A DNA stretch of 64,000 nucleotides from Fidelibacterota bacterium (GTDB lineage Bacteria; Fidelibacterota; Marinisomatia; Marinisomatales; TCS55). Where the stretch lies: positions 41,016 to 105,015 of the forward strand of contig PBPT01000082.1 in the NCBI GenBank assembly GCA_002724735.1. The letters run 5' to 3'. Position numbers and translations under genes: made by a program. The notes beneath the pieces are model-generated. The model saw only the letters and a list, made by a program, of their open reading frames with translations. It was not told the DNA's origin and searched no databases. Of the stretch, positions 55,887 through 63,571 are shown in pieces. Position 1 is the first letter of the stretch. Every line of letters begins with the position of its first letter.

Positions 55887-58120
55887 TGTAAGACCCTATC
55901 AAGTTCTTTAATTAAATCATTCACATCATTGTCGATGCTTGCGGCCATCTTGGTATTCTTTGGTGCTACCTTTGGCTTAGGTTTACGATTTGTCCTTGCC
56001 GCCACTTTTAAGTTTGGTTTTGTTTTTGGTACAGGATTTGCTTTAACGTCTGCTTGTAATTGAGCAATTACTGCTTGTACTACTTCAGGACCAGCTTTTT
56101 TAATTTCGCCTGCTAAATTGTCAAGTGTTGGATTACCTAACTCAGCGGCTACAGCTCTTGTTGCCATCTTACCTGTAGCATTGCTTACCCATTGTTGTCC
56201 TGCCCATACATAGTCTTGACCGTCTTGTGCTTTAGCCATTTGCCCAGCACCTGGTGCAACTTTAATTTTAGGATTAGGTTTAGCAGTTTTACCAGCGGCA
56301 GGTTTTTCTTTACCGCCTGCTTGTGGTTCTGCTTGTGGTTCTTGCTGTCCACCCGCTTGTGGTTCTTGTTGTCCACCCGCTTGTGGTTCTGCTTGTCCTG
56401 TTGCAGGTGTTGCAGGTTCTGCTTGACCTTGTTTGGCTTGACCTGCTTGAGTTGGCTCTAATTTTACATTTGCTTGCTGTCCTACTTGACCTATTTGATC
56501 GTTAGTCATGCCAGCATCTCTCATAATGTTCATTATAGATCCAGTGTCTAATGGTTCGCCCGCATCTTTCCATGCTTTTGTAAGTTTGTTTGCTGTAACT
56601 TTGTTACCTAAATCTTTTGCACCTTGCTTTACTGCTCCTGCGGCTTTTCCTGCGGCACCTTTGACAGCGCCTCCTATTCTACCTGCTAAATTTCCTAAGC
56701 CACGTTTTGCTTTTGCTCCAAGTGTGTTAGGATTATCTAAAGGTAATTCACCTTGATCTGGATCTTTTTCTGCAAGATATAATTCTAATCTTTCTTGCAT
56801 TGAAATAGACTCAGTACCTCTTACAGCTACTCTGTCATCTGCAGGTTCGTTTTCTCCACCTTTTAGATCTAATTCAAGTTGTTTCTTTTCTGCAGGATCA
56901 ATTGGCTTTGCAGTTTGTGCTTTTTCAGCGTTGTCGTCTGCTGTTGCTAGAGCGCCTTGTACAACTGCTCCTAGTCCGCCGCCTGCATTCTTAATAGTTG
57001 CTATTAATTCATCACCATCTGCGGCATTTGCTAGTAATTCTCTTAAATTGCCTGCTGTCAAACTATCTTTAGGTATGTCTTTAATTGCATCAAAGGCCGC
57101 TGTGAGATTTTTTGCTTCAGGGCTATTTTGTATAACTCCCATTAAGTCGTGATACTTTGCCGCCGCTTCATAATATTCCGGACTAAAGGTTTTTGCACCA
57201 TTCATTGCATTCTCTATTGCATTAAGTGCTCCTAGCTGATCTTTTGGAATAACAGTATCATAACTGTAATAGAATCTATTTAAATTACCATTTACAGTAA
57301 CTTTGTATGTACCTTCTAGTGCATCAGGTGCTACTCCTAGTTCTCCCATAGCATCTGCTCGCATAGCTAGATAATTTTCTTTCTTCATGGCGGCTTCCAT
57401 AGCGTCCCACTCAGCATTTTCAGCTGTTGCTATGTTGTCAACCATATTATCTGTAAGTTCTTTAAATGCCATACCAGCAAGAGCACCATAAGCCGCTACT
57501 TTCAATGATTTACCAACTGCTGTTGAAAGTTTTTCACCTTGCAGTAAATCTTTAGAAGCACGTAGTACCAAACCAGCGGCAGCACCACCAGCAGGACCAC
57601 CTGCGAAAGCTGCCACAGTAGTTAAAATACCTACTGCAATACTTGCTTTGCCTGGATTTTCTTTTGCCCAATCACTTACTTTCTTAATGCCTTGTACAAT
57701 TTTACTGTCTGAATTCTCTGCTTCGATTTTCTTTTTGAGTTCATCAAACTTTTGATCCATATTTTTTACAGGACCAGCTTGTTGTGCTAGTCTACCTAGC
57801 TCATTTATTTTTGCGTCTACTGCTTTAGCAATGTCTACTGGCAATTTAGCCGCCGCTAGTGCTCCTGCACCAACTTTACCAGCAAGTGTTTTATTATCAC
57901 CACTTGCCATTGCGGTTTCTTCAGCACCTTTAAATAGATCTATAACTTGATCTCTAGTAAGTGTTGCTTCTGAAAGTTTTTGATATTCTTCTAGTAGTGG
58001 CCAAAGTTCTTTTTCCCAACGTCCTACATACTTTTGTTGAGATTCTGTAAGATCATGCCAGCCTTCTTGTAAAATTCTATGTGATTTGTTTTCGTATAGT
58101 GTAACTTCGTTTATTTTCAT
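55883..58120 (-). CDS. Large low-complexity protein with T4 capsid-targeting-sequence-like N-terminus (internal head protein candidate)
   Basis: 745 aa. MKINEVTLYE-N.. resembles the T4 IP capsid-targeting sequence MKTYQEFIAE, with LxE at residues 8-10. A/G/K-rich, with the tandem array AEPQAGGQQEPQAGGQQEPQAEPQAGG. Confidence 0.45.
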   Translation of the reverse strand: MKINEVTLYENKSHRILQEGWHDLTESQQKYVGRWEKELWPLLEEYQKLSEATLTRDQVIDLFKGAEETAMASGDNKTLAGKVGAGALAAAKLPVDIAKAVDAKINELGRLAQQAGPVKNMDQKFDELKKKIEAENSDSKIVQGIKKVSDWAKENPGKASIAVGILTTVAAFAGGPAGGAAAGLVLRASKDLLQGEKLSTAVGKSLKVAAYGALAGMAFKELTDNMVDNIATAENAEWDAMEAAMKKENYLAMRADAMGELGVAPDALEGTYKVTVNGNLNRFYYSYDTVIPKDQLGALNAIENAMNGAKTFSPEYYEAAAKYHDLMGVIQNSPEAKNLTAAFDAIKDIPKDSLTAGNLRELLANAADGDELIATIKNAGGGLGAVVQGALATADDNAEKAQTAKPIDPAEKKQLELDLKGGENEPADDRVAVRGTESISMQERLELYLAEKDPDQGELPLDNPNTLGAKAKRGLGNLAGRIGGAVKGAAGKAAGAVKQGAKDLGNKVTANKLTKAWKDAGEPLDTGSIMNIMRDAGMTNDQIGQVGQQANVKLEPTQAGQAKQGQAEPATPATGQAEPQAGGQQEPQAGGQQEPQAEPQAGGKEKPAAGKTAKPNPKIKVAPGAGQMAKAQDGQDYVWAGQQWVSNATGKMATRAVAAELGNPTLDNLAGEIKKAGPEVVQAVIAQLQADVKANPVPKTKPNLKVAARTNRKPKPKVAPKNTKMAASIDNDVNDLIKELDRVLH
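56317..56398 (-). repeat. Tandem 24-nt coding repeats
   Basis: gcttgtggttcttg(c/t)tgtccaccc occurs twice (56331..56378) plus partial flanking copies. Encodes (Q)EPQAGGQ units. Confidence 0.7.
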
Positions 58121-58683
58121 TGTAGCATTCCTGCAAGCTGTTGTTTTTTAGCTGAACTTAAACCGCTAAGTTGTTTAGAAATATTGTTTGGTATCTTTAC
58201 AGGAGCTTTTGGTTGAGCTGTACCTCCAGATGGTGCTGTAGGTTTTGCAGTTTGTTTACCTTTTCCGCCTTTTGCCGGAGCAGTTGCCTTACCGGCGCCT
58301 TTAGGCGCTCCGCCTTTGCCTGCTAAGGCTTCTTTAGAAGCGGAAACCAATAAATCATCTAATTGTTTCTTTTGTAACACACCACTAGGTATTTCAGCAC
58401 TAGTTTTATGCCCTTTTGATTGTAGAAATGCTTGAAAATCTTCGCCTGTAGCGGCTTTCATGTTCTTTCCCTGAGTACCAAGGTATGTATTAAATTCTTT
58501 GTGCAAATTATTTGCAGTATCACCTAAGTCGGCTTTGCCTGCAAGGTTTCCTGCTTTTGATTTTGCAGTAGCGCCAGGTAATTTGTTTAATATTTTAGAT
58601 CCAGCTTTACGTGCAAACTGTGTTAATCCACCTGCGGGTACTTCATCTAGTTTATCAGAGTTTGTTATTTCATCAATCTTCAT
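58117..58683 (-). CDS. Basic Lys/Ala/Gly-rich protein with capsid-targeting-sequence-like N-terminus (internal head protein candidate)
   Basis: 188 aa. MKIDEITNSDKLDE-V.. has LxE at residues 12-14. Contains ..GKGGAPKGAGKATAPAKGGKGKQTAKPTAP... Overlaps the next gene by ATGA. Confidence 0.45.
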   Translation of the reverse strand: MKIDEITNSDKLDEVPAGGLTQFARKAGSKILNKLPGATAKSKAGNLAGKADLGDTANNLHKEFNTYLGTQGKNMKAATGEDFQAFLQSKGHKTSAEIPSGVLQKKQLDDLLVSASKEALAGKGGAPKGAGKATAPAKGGKGKQTAKPTAPSGGTAQPKAPVKIPNNISKQLSGLSSAKKQQLAGMLQ

Positions 58684-58702
58684 GGCTTATCCTTTTACAG
58701 TG

Positions 58703-58710
58703 TATTTATG
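58703..58710 (-). promoter_or_regulatory. Late-type promoter box (CATAAATA)
   Basis: Plus-strand tatttatg, 19 nt upstream of the ATG at 58683, with AAAGGA in between. Confidence 0.45.
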
Positions 58711-58770
58711 TATTTGTTTATCAACTTCGTTGATAAATGTTTTCGCTATCGCTCAAACAATTTCATTTAT

Positions 58771-58803
58771 TTGATTTAAAAGCAATATTACGAAGTAATA
58801 TTG
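58771..58803 (-). terminator. Hairpin plus U-rich tract (weak intrinsic terminator)
   Basis: Perfect 9-bp stem CAAUAUUAC-UUC-GUAAUAUUG on the minus strand, followed by CUUUUAAAU. Confidence 0.4.
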
Positions 58804-59137
58804 TTGTAACTTCATGTAGATTGTTTCAGTCAGACGGAACCTTACACTAGGCTCCATCATCTCGAAAACTTCATGTGAGTTCGTCACAGCCGAGATCGGA
58901 AGTAGGTATTTGACTATGCTACTGGGCTCTGACCTTTCCCAACCTACGTCGACATCACGAAAAAATTTGCAAAACCGCTTTACCGCTTCGCGGATTTCTT
59001 CGCTATCCCCCGCTTCGTTCCAATGCGTGGGGTTTTTGTAGCATACAGCCTATTGGACTACACCAGAATCTGAACATATGCGAATATGTCCTCAAGGTGA
59101 ATCAAGCAATCTTGATTAAACAGTGTCCTTGTTTTGC
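58804..59137 (-). other. Hairpin-rich, G+C-richer non-coding region downstream of the GIY-YIG gene (structured RNA candidate)
   Basis: No ORF of 60 aa or more. Stems at 59100..59117 (7 bp), 59072..59091 (8 bp) and 58902..58947 (GUAGGU..ACCUAC enclosing UGGG..CCCA). Direct repeat aacttcatgt at 58808 and 58867. AAGCGG repeated 3 times around 58975..59015. Confidence 0.3.
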
Positions 59138-59563
59138 CTATAAAATGTTTTTTAATGCTTCTTTAAGAATTTTTGAACTGCCTACTCGCACATTAATGAT
59201 ACCATTGTAGTACTCATCTGTTTCTAATACCCTGCGATCAAACTGTTCTTTTGCCTCTAGGTAACTTAACACGCCTCTGCTGGGACAATAGTGTAAAATT
59301 TCTCTAGTAAATTTGTCTTTGCCTAATTTTAAAACATCTGCATTCAAATGATCTGAAGATCCCCAATAGTCTCTCCAGTCACTTTCTTTGTGTCCACGTC
59401 TGCGATTTACTTTTCCCTTTAGCGGAGGTTTGCTTGTTTTAAATCTTGCTAGTTTTTTGCCTATATATTTTTTATTATTGGTAAGATTTGTAATTAGATA
59501 TACAAAGCCCTCGCAATCTTGAGGTAATGTGTCTACTGTCTGTCCTTTGTATGTCCATTGCAT
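59138..59563 (-). CDS. GIY-YIG domain protein (Seg-like free-standing homing endonuclease candidate, short)
   Basis: 141 aa. ..EGFVYLITNLTNNKKYIGKK.. matches the GIY-(10-11 aa)-YIG motif, followed by an Arg-rich block NRRRGHKESDW. Confidence 0.6.
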   Translation of the reverse strand: MQWTYKGQTVDTLPQDCEGFVYLITNLTNNKKYIGKKLARFKTSKPPLKGKVNRRRGHKESDWRDYWGSSDHLNADVLKLGKDKFTREILHYCPSRGVLSYLEAKEQFDRRVLETDEYYNGIINVRVGSSKILKEALKNIL

Positions 59564-59581
59564 CCTAGTACTTACCGATGC

Positions 59582-59800
59582 CTAAATATTTTCTTCGCCT
59601 TTTTGAGTTATACGTGTAGTTTGGTGTTTTTCGTGTATTTCATCTGCTCTCATTTTGGCAAAAGTCCTAATATCACGTAGTGCTTTCCTTACAGATCGAT
59701 GTGTGCGTACAGAGTTACGTGCTTCAAACTTTTCATTTTCTGAAAAATAGGCTAGATAAGCTTTTACCAATCTATCATGTATATCATCGTGTGCGGTCAT
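59582..59800 (-). CDS. Small basic hypothetical protein
   Basis: 72 aa. Its start overlaps the gp46-like stop by 4 nt, which suggests translational coupling. Confidence 0.45.
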   Translation of the reverse strand: MTAHDDIHDRLVKAYLAYFSENEKFEARNSVRTHRSVRKALRDIRTFAKMRADEIHEKHQTTRITQKGEENI

Positions 59801-61569
59801 TCTACTACATCTATATCGTTTGCGTAACTAGTGTAACCATTTTCTTTTACTACTCTAAGAACATGATTAACCCTGCCAATTAATTCGTCTTTGTGTGATA
59901 TCAAGTAAATATTTTTATCTCGTTCTCTACCCATCTTTTTCAAGATAGCCAAACTATTCTCAACTCCTGCTGTATCCATTCCGCTATCTATAAGCTCATC
60001 GATAAACAATAAATTTACATTTTGATATAAACTTTCCCATACATCTCTAAAAGCAAAACTTAAACCAAGAATTAACCTATTACGTTCGCCTCTACTTAGA
60101 TTATCAAAGTCTAAATCTTGTCCTAACTGTGTAATTTCAACAGTTAAATCGTTTTGGAACACAACTTGGTGTGGTAAACCAATCTTATCTAAGTAATATG
60201 TAAGTCTATTGTTTAGATAAGCTAAGTTTTGATCAATAATTTTCTTACGAATGAAACTATCTTTGTTTGTTAATAGTTTAAATAAAAATTCTTGGTGATC
60301 TTTATAGCTTGTTAGCTCATTTACGGCATCCCAGTTTACTTCTTGTATAGCTGTAGCTTTTAAATCATCAATTTGTTCCTGATAGGGATTATTTTCTGAT
60401 TGTGTTCTAGCTAAAGACTCTTTTAAGTTTTCAACATTACTTCGATGTTCATATGCTTCTTTTGCTGTGTCATAAAATGTTTTAGGTTTACCATTTATAT
60501 CGCCTATTTCGTCAAGTGAGTCTACAACGTCAGTGCATTTGGTACTAATTTCTGTTTGATATGCAACGGCATCTTCTAATTCTTTTGTTTTTGTGGCTAG
60601 TATTTCTTGTTTTTTATCTTCATTTAAGGGCTGATTACATGCATAACATATAGCATTATCAAGTCCTGCGATGTCTAAAGTGACTTTTTCTACAGACTTA
60701 TCTGCACGTACTAATGCAGGTTCTAATGTACTTAATTCCTTTTTAAGAGCCAAAATAGTGTTGTTATGCTCCGTCCAATTAGATAATTTTTCATGACAAT
60801 CTAGTTCAGTATCAATATCTAGTTTATCTAATTCATCAATAGCTTTAGTAAGATTTTCACAGTCTTTTTTATGTTTTGCAGACCAAGCTCGCTGTCTTTG
60901 AGCTAGTTGTTCTATACTTGCTTTTATTTTTTCGTTAGAAGTTTCAATAGCTTCTATCTTTAATGTTTCTTGTGTAATTGCATCTTTTGTATCTTTAATT
61001 TTTTCTTTTAGTGCATTAGATTTATCAGTTAAAATTGTAATTCCAAGTAGTTGTTCGATAATTGCACGTTGATCATTCTGTCGCATAGACAGAAAAGGTT
61101 CAGTATAAGTGTTTAGTGCTACAATATGTTTGAACATATCGTGACTCATACCTAATAAGTCATTAATTGTTTCTTGTGTTTTACGTGAATCGCCTTGTGA
61201 TTCGTCAATTAGTTCTTGTTCTTGATCATTTATATAAAATTTAAGCAAATTAGGGCCTCTGCCACGCTCGACCCTATAATCTACGCCGTCCTTTTCAAAA
61301 TGCAAGGTTACTAACATACCTTTGCCGTTAGTTTTATTAATTAGGTTGTTTCTTTTAATATTTGTAAGAGCCATACCGTATAATGCATAGCTAAGTGCAT
61401 TAATTATGGTAGTTTTACCTGTACCATTTCGCGAACCACTATCGTCGCCACCTTGATCTAAGTTTTCTCCAAGCACAAGTGTAAGTTGTTGTTGATCAAA
61501 ATCAACAGCCTGAGTCTGATTACCTACACTCATAAAGTTTTTTACAGTTAAATCTTTAATTTTTATCAT
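59797..61569 (-). CDS. gp46: Recombination endonuclease subunit, SbcC/Rad50-like ATPase (T4 gp46-like)
   Basis: 590 aa. N-terminus IKDLTVKNFMSVGNQ...SRNGTGKTTIINALSYALYG (Walker A), a long coiled-coil middle, and C-terminal SRGERNRLILGLSFAF (signature) and LLFIDELIDSGMD (Walker B). Confidence 0.85.
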   Translation of the reverse strand: MIKIKDLTVKNFMSVGNQTQAVDFDQQQLTLVLGENLDQGGDDSGSRNGTGKTTIINALSYALYGMALTNIKRNNLINKTNGKGMLVTLHFEKDGVDYRVERGRGPNLLKFYINDQEQELIDESQGDSRKTQETINDLLGMSHDMFKHIVALNTYTEPFLSMRQNDQRAIIEQLLGITILTDKSNALKEKIKDTKDAITQETLKIEAIETSNEKIKASIEQLAQRQRAWSAKHKKDCENLTKAIDELDKLDIDTELDCHEKLSNWTEHNNTILALKKELSTLEPALVRADKSVEKVTLDIAGLDNAICYACNQPLNEDKKQEILATKTKELEDAVAYQTEISTKCTDVVDSLDEIGDINGKPKTFYDTAKEAYEHRSNVENLKESLARTQSENNPYQEQIDDLKATAIQEVNWDAVNELTSYKDHQEFLFKLLTNKDSFIRKKIIDQNLAYLNNRLTYYLDKIGLPHQVVFQNDLTVEITQLGQDLDFDNLSRGERNRLILGLSFAFRDVWESLYQNVNLLFIDELIDSGMDTAGVENSLAILKKMGRERDKNIYLISHKDELIGRVNHVLRVVKENGYTSYANDIDVVE

Positions 61570-62579
61570 TCTAAGCCGTTGTAAATATCCATTAGTGTTA
61601 CTTTGTCAAAATCTACAGTATCTAACTCTGCAATTTCACCTGCTACAATTTGATCTACACTTACAAATTGTGATATATCTAAATCTGTTGATATTTCGTC
61701 AATTTGTTTTTGTGGTATTAGCGTTAATTCTCTACAGTTGTAATCTTTAACAAATGTTTCTTTTATAAAGCTTGCCTCTTCATAAGATATTGGAACATCA
61801 ATAGTTACACGAAGATACATTTTTGGTTTTATTAGCTTATCAGTATTTTCAAGAAGTTGTCTCAAACCATATGTACGATATTTTGGACAATCAAGCCAAT
61901 TTATGTATTCTGGCTCTTTATTATTTTCTCGATCTAAAATCATCATGCCTCTTTCATCATCTCCTGCATCTGCATAATTGTGCGGAAAGGCATTTCCGAT
62001 ATAATTAATTTTTCCTTGGTGTTGTCTTTTATGAAAATGTCCACTAAAAACATATTCTTGATGTTTAAAATGTTCTACTTTAAGATCTCCGTGATCTGGC
62101 ATTTTGACAAGTGCATTCATATAAAAACTAGGAAGCTCAAAATGTCCAAAAAGATATTTTGCTTTAATGTTGCTTATTTTTTTGTATTCGTCTTCAACTA
62201 ACCAAGGCACAAGTGCAACATCTTCAACTACAGTAATTTTATCTACAAATGTTATTCCAGGAATATGCTTTGCAAATGCTGTACTGTTAACATCTCGTTT
62301 ATCTTTGTAATATAAATCGTGATTACCGTCAAAAAAGAAAAATTGTTCAAATGCTTTACCCAATTTTTCCATTGAACGTATAGTTGCGTCCATGGTTGTT
62401 AAATTTAATGAATTTCTATTATGGTGCCAGTCGCCACAAAAAATTCCAGTCTCACAACCGTTTTCTTTTGCAGTTTGAATGTACCAGTCTATAAAATCTT
62501 CACAATCGTCGTTATGTACACGACTATTCCCTTTTAAGCCAAAGTGAATGTCTGTGAAGACTGCGGCTTTCTTAAACAA
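61566..62579 (-). CDS. gp47: Recombination endonuclease subunit, SbcD/Mre11-like phosphoesterase (T4 gp47-like)
   Basis: 337 aa. Metallophosphoesterase motifs FTDIHFG, CGDWHHNRN, DGNHD, GHFE and SGHFHKRQ. TTG start with GGAG 9 nt upstream. Confidence 0.85.
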   Translation of the reverse strand: MFKKAAVFTDIHFGLKGNSRVHNDDCEDFIDWYIQTAKENGCETGIFCGDWHHNRNSLNLTTMDATIRSMEKLGKAFEQFFFFDGNHDLYYKDKRDVNSTAFAKHIPGITFVDKITVVEDVALVPWLVEDEYKKISNIKAKYLFGHFELPSFYMNALVKMPDHGDLKVEHFKHQEYVFSGHFHKRQHQGKINYIGNAFPHNYADAGDDERGMMILDRENNKEPEYINWLDCPKYRTYGLRQLLENTDKLIKPKMYLRVTIDVPISYEEASFIKETFVKDYNCRELTLIPQKQIDEISTDLDISQFVSVDQIVAGEIAELDTVDFDKVTLMDIYNGLE

Positions 62580-62606
62580 ATTTAGTATACTCCAATCTAC
62601 AGTAAC

Positions 62607-62635
62607 ATTATATAGTATTTTTGTACGGCTGTCAA
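62607..62635 (-). promoter_or_regulatory. Sigma70-type early promoter, perfect consensus TTGACA-N17-TATAAT
   Basis: Plus-strand tgtcaa at 62630..62635 and attata at 62607..62612, between the gp55 stop and the gp47 start. Confidence 0.7.
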
Positions 62636-62638
62636 CCT

Positions 62639-63493
62639 CTATTTTGAAGTTTTATCTGTGAAAACACTAGTACCTGCTTCTTCATTTCTTTTTACACTAG
62701 CTTCCCACTCTCCTTGGTGCTGTCTAGTATAGCTAGGATTTAGATCATTCATTTCAAGAATATCGTCTCTAATGTTTTGATTCCTTTTTTCTATATTAAT
62801 AACACGTACAAACGAATTTGTAACTGCCGCTGTATAATATGCAAAAGGATTTTGGCTTTTTGATTCATCAAATTGCAATCCAATTTGAGTTAATTGTAAA
62901 ATTGCTTGACCTTTCATTTCGTCATTATATGTGTAACCTCTAACATTTCCTCTTGTAGCATATCTATCTACAAGTTTCATCCACATCATAGCTAAATGAT
63001 CAGTTGCCTTTCCGTGTGATTTGGAAAAATATCCATTCTCCATGCCTCCAACCCAATGACTTTTTCCTACTAGTTGTAGTTCATCGTTATCGTTAAATTT
63101 ATAATGAACAAAAGGTGGAAAATTAAGCTTTTCTTTAGTATCTGCTATTGTTTTTGGATTTTTTTTGCGTCCAGCTTCATCTGGTATGTGATCAAATGTC
63201 ATTACCCTAAAAATAAGCTCTTCTTTGGTTATTTTTTGGTAAGGAACTTCACACTCTGCCTGTTTTACTTTTTCTCCAGCTAATTTTCTGCGTTCGTACT
63301 CAGCTTGACTAAGCTTTTTTGCTTTATTTCTTTTAGCTTCAGCAATAGTCCTTATATTAATCTTTTCAACATCAGGCAAGATAATATCGTAATTTGCATA
63401 CTCCGGGTCTGTATAGCTGTTAAAGGTATTTTTTGATTTGTGGATCTGCGTCAATATATCTTTGTTGTTTAAATAGTTCTTTTTTCGCATCAT
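62639..63493 (-). CDS. gp55: Late-transcription sigma factor (T4 gp55-like) with large internal insertion
   Basis: KKNYLNNKDILTQI matches T4 gp55 KYNYVNNKELLQAI. GQAILQLTQIGLQFDESKSQNPFAYYTAAVTNSFVRVINIEKRNQ matches [44 protein letters not shown]. Start set at ATG 63493 (MMRKKN), because the track's TTG start at 63544 is the -35 box of a promoter. Confidence 0.75.
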   Translation of the reverse strand: MMRKKNYLNNKDILTQIHKSKNTFNSYTDPEYANYDIILPDVEKINIRTIAEAKRNKAKKLSQAEYERRKLAGEKVKQAECEVPYQKITKEELIFRVMTFDHIPDEAGRKKNPKTIADTKEKLNFPPFVHYKFNDNDELQLVGKSHWVGGMENGYFSKSHGKATDHLAMMWMKLVDRYATRGNVRGYTYNDEMKGQAILQLTQIGLQFDESKSQNPFAYYTAAVTNSFVRVINIEKRNQNIRDDILEMNDLNPSYTRQHQGEWEASVKRNEEAGTSVFTDKTSK

Positions 63494-63515
63494 TACTCCA
63501 GTTGATTTACTATTT

Positions 63516-63544
63516 ATTATAATATACTCTGTTAACTTTGTCAA
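63516..63544 (-). promoter_or_regulatory. Sigma70-type promoter, perfect consensus TTGACA-N17-TATAAT, for gp55
   Basis: Minus strand: TTGACA (63544..63539), a 17-nt spacer, TATAAT (63521..63516), then ..CTGGAGTAATGATG. Confidence 0.7.
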
Positions 63545-63551
63545 CTAAATA
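63544..63551 (+). promoter_or_regulatory. Late-type promoter box (ACTAAATA) for the plus-strand gene starting at 63572
   Basis: The box is followed by GTGGAG and then the ATG at 63572. Confidence 0.35.
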
Positions 63552-63571
63552 CTAGTGGAGATTTAAAATAA

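Noticed and set aside
58771-59800. Intact group I intron carrying the GIY-YIG ORF
   Set aside because: Only 18 nt separate the GIY-YIG start from the upstream 72-aa ORF, so there is no room for P1-P6. The flanking ORFs have independent starts (MKIDEIT.. is also the N-terminus type of the neighbouring gene) and do not join into one reading frame. Only isolated intron-like sequence elements were seen.
63494-63544. TTG-initiated N-terminal extension of the gp55-like ORF
   Set aside because: The TTG is the first three bases of a perfect TTGACA-N17-TATAAT promoter. An SD (GGAG) and ATGATG follow, and MMRKKNYLNN aligns with the T4 gp55 N-terminus.
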